From the sequence record DRR723986_585: DNA of 27,830 bases. One strand, 5' to 3'. The position numbers and the translations under genes were made by a program. Positions 26,075-27,830 of this stretch are shown piece after piece; position 1 is the stretch's first letter, and every line of letters begins with the position of its first letter. The notes under the pieces were generated by a model. The model saw nothing but the letters and a program-made list of their open reading frames with translations. It did no database searches and was not told the DNA's origin.

Positions 26075-27830
26075 ATGAAAAATATTTTATTCATCTCTTT
26101 TTTACTTTTTGGTTTTCAATCTTTTGCTCAGCCTTTATGGATGAGATATCCAAGCATTTCACCAGATGGTAAACAAATTGTTTTTTCTTATCAGGGAGAT
26201 TTATTTACTGTAAATTCAAATGGTGGCTTGGCCACTCAAATCACTTCGCATGTAGCTCATGACTATCACCCCATTTGGTCACCTGATGGAAAACATATTG
26301 CGTTCGCATCTGATAGACATGGCAATTTTGATGTATTTATTGTTGCTGCAACTGGTGGAGCCCCAACTCGTCTGACTTATCATTCTTCAAATGACACTCC
26401 ATATGACTTTAGCCCAGATGGTAAAAAAATTCTTTTTGGTGCTTCACGAATGGATGATGCCAAATCTGTTCAATTTCCGAATTGGGCATTATCTGAACTT
26501 TATGAGGTACCCACTACTGGTGGAAGGGAAAAGCAATTCCTTACTATAGCCTCAGAAGATGTTCAATACAGTGAAGATGGAAAATCATTACTTTTTCACA
26601 ATAGAAAAGGCTACGAAGATCCTTGGAGAAAACACCATACTTCAAGTGTTACGCGGGACATTATCAAGTATGACATTGCTTCCAAAAAGTTCACTCAAAT
26701 TACAACTTTGAAAGTTGAAGACAGAAATCCACTTTGGAAAGGTGCTAATGAATTGACTTTTTTGAGTGAAAAATCAGGAAGTTTTAACATCTGGACTGGT
26801 TCACTAACTGAACCTTATCAAAAGCAATTGACCAATTATACTGATCATCCGGTTAGATTTATCAGTCAATCAAAAGATGGAGTCATATGTTATGGCTATA
26901 AAGGCGAAATTTATTTGTGTAAAAATGGAGCATCAAATAAAGTTGATATCCAAATACACAAGGATCAAATATTCAATGAAACTACAGTGAAGAAAATTTC
27001 GTCTGCTGGCGAATTTGCAGTTTCTGCTGACGGCAAAGAAATTGCATTCATATACAGAGGTGAAGTATTTGTTACTTCAGTGGACTATGCTACTACTAAA
27101 AGAATCACCAATACACCTGAGCAAGAGCGTTCTGTAAGTTTCAGCGAGGATGGAAAAATGTTGGTTTTTGCATCTGAACGCAATGAAAGCTGGAATATTT
27201 ATACAGTAGAAAGAAAAAGAGAATCTGAAAAACACTTTTACAATTCAACTTTATTAGAAGAAAAAGAAATAGTCAATAACGGTGAAGAAACCTTTCAACC
27301 CGGTTTTTCACCAGATGGAAAAGAAGTTGCATTTTTTGAAAACAGAACAACATTAAAAATCATCAACCTCAGCACAAAAAAGGAACGGGTAGTTTTAGAT
27401 GGACAATTGAATTATTCGTATTCTGACGGTGATCAGTCTTACACATGGTCTCCTGATTCAAAGTGGTTATTAGTAACTTATTTTGATGCAGACCGCTGGC
27501 GAACAGACATTGGTTTATTGAATGCCTCCGGAAAAGAAGACCCAATTAATTTGACTCAAAGTGGTTACACCAATTGGAACGCGAAGTTTTCAATGGATGG
27601 TGAAATGGTTTATTATTACACAGGTAAACACGGCATGCAGTCGCACGGTGGACATGGTGGTCAAGGAAACGTAGAAGCCATTTTCTTAACAGAGTTGGCA
27701 TATCAAAAATTCATCCTAAATAAAGAAGAATTTGAAGAATGGGAAGCTGAAAATAAAGCCGAGAAAAAAGAGGATGATGAAACTAAAGATGACAAGGATA
27801 AAAAGAAAGAAGATGAGGATAAAGACGAAG
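26075..27830 (+). CDS. Tricorn-like S41 family protease, N-terminal propeller domains; 3'-truncated and absent from the ORF track
   Basis: Manual translation: MKNILFISFLLFGFQSFAQPLWMRYPSISPDGKQIVFSYQGDLF..WSPDGKHIAFASDRHGNFDVF..KGYEDPWRKHHTS; many SPDG (PD40) repeats; same frame at the window end. The catalytic domain is not visible. Confidence 0.88.
   Translation, partial: MKNILFISFLLFGFQSFAQPLWMRYPSISPDGKQIVFSYQGDLFTVNSNGGLATQITSHVAHDYHPIWSPDGKHIAFASDRHGNFDVFIVAATGGAPTRLTYHSSNDTPYDFSPDGKKILFGASRMDDAKSVQFPNWALSELYEVPTTGGREKQFLTIASEDVQYSEDGKSLLFHNRKGYEDPWRKHHTSSVTRDIIKYDIASKKFTQITTLKVEDRNPLWKGANELTFLSEKSGSFNIWTGSLTEPYQKQLTNYTDHPVRFISQSKDGVICYGYKGEIYLCKNGASNKVDIQIHKDQIFNETTVKKISSAGEFAVSADGKEIAFIYRGEVFVTSVDYATTKRITNTPEQERSVSFSEDGKMLVFASERNESWNIYTVERKRESEKHFYNSTLLEEKEIVNNGEETFQPGFSPDGKEVAFFENRTTLKIINLSTKKERVVLDGQLNYSYSDGDQSYTWSPDSKWLLVTYFDADRWRTDIGLLNASGKEDPINLTQSGYTNWNAKFSMDGEMVYYYTGKHGMQSHGGHGGQGNVEAIFLTELAYQKFILNKEEFEEWEAENKAEKKEDDETKDDKDKKKEDEDKDE

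Noticed and set aside
27722..27830. Purine-rich low-complexity stretch as a DNA repeat
   Set aside because: Explained by the K/D/E-rich linker of the tricorn-like protein.
1..27830. CRISPR array, IS/prophage/integron, tRNA/rRNA, defence system or recoding event
   Set aside because: I saw no spaced repeats, recombinase or nuclease motifs, or broken ORFs; all intergenic gaps are under 200 bp and composition looks uniform by eye.

Overview
AT-rich, gene-dense, mostly housekeeping/envelope region of a Bacteroidota chromosome. T9SS C-terminal domains, TAnnTTTG promoter boxes and lipoprotein export signals support the phylum; Flavobacteriales is an inference. There are 23 CDSs, two cut by the window edges: a PP2C/SpoIIE phosphatase at the left and a tricorn-like S41 protease at the right, the latter missing from the ORF track. 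The rest: two T9SS cargo proteins, a DEAD-box helicase, a 1202-aa TraB/GumN protein, a minus-strand run (amidase, MCE/MlaD, split FadF/EtfD-like oxidoreductase with a HAD phosphatase between its halves, lipoprotein, nitronate monooxygenase-like flavoprotein), lptD, a PqiA-domain gene, a PaaY-like protein, a 7TM protein, accA, ispE, a GT2, an intradiol dioxygenase-like protein and a surface lipoprotein. I found no mobile element, CRISPR array, tRNA, rRNA or clear defence system, and no convincing new system. Best leads: the split oxidoreductase/HAD/MCE operon, the coupled choice-of-anchor B-lipoprotein-PqiA trio, the palindromes between accA and ispE, and a CREST-like 7TM protein. All family calls come from recognising motifs by eye; no searches were run.
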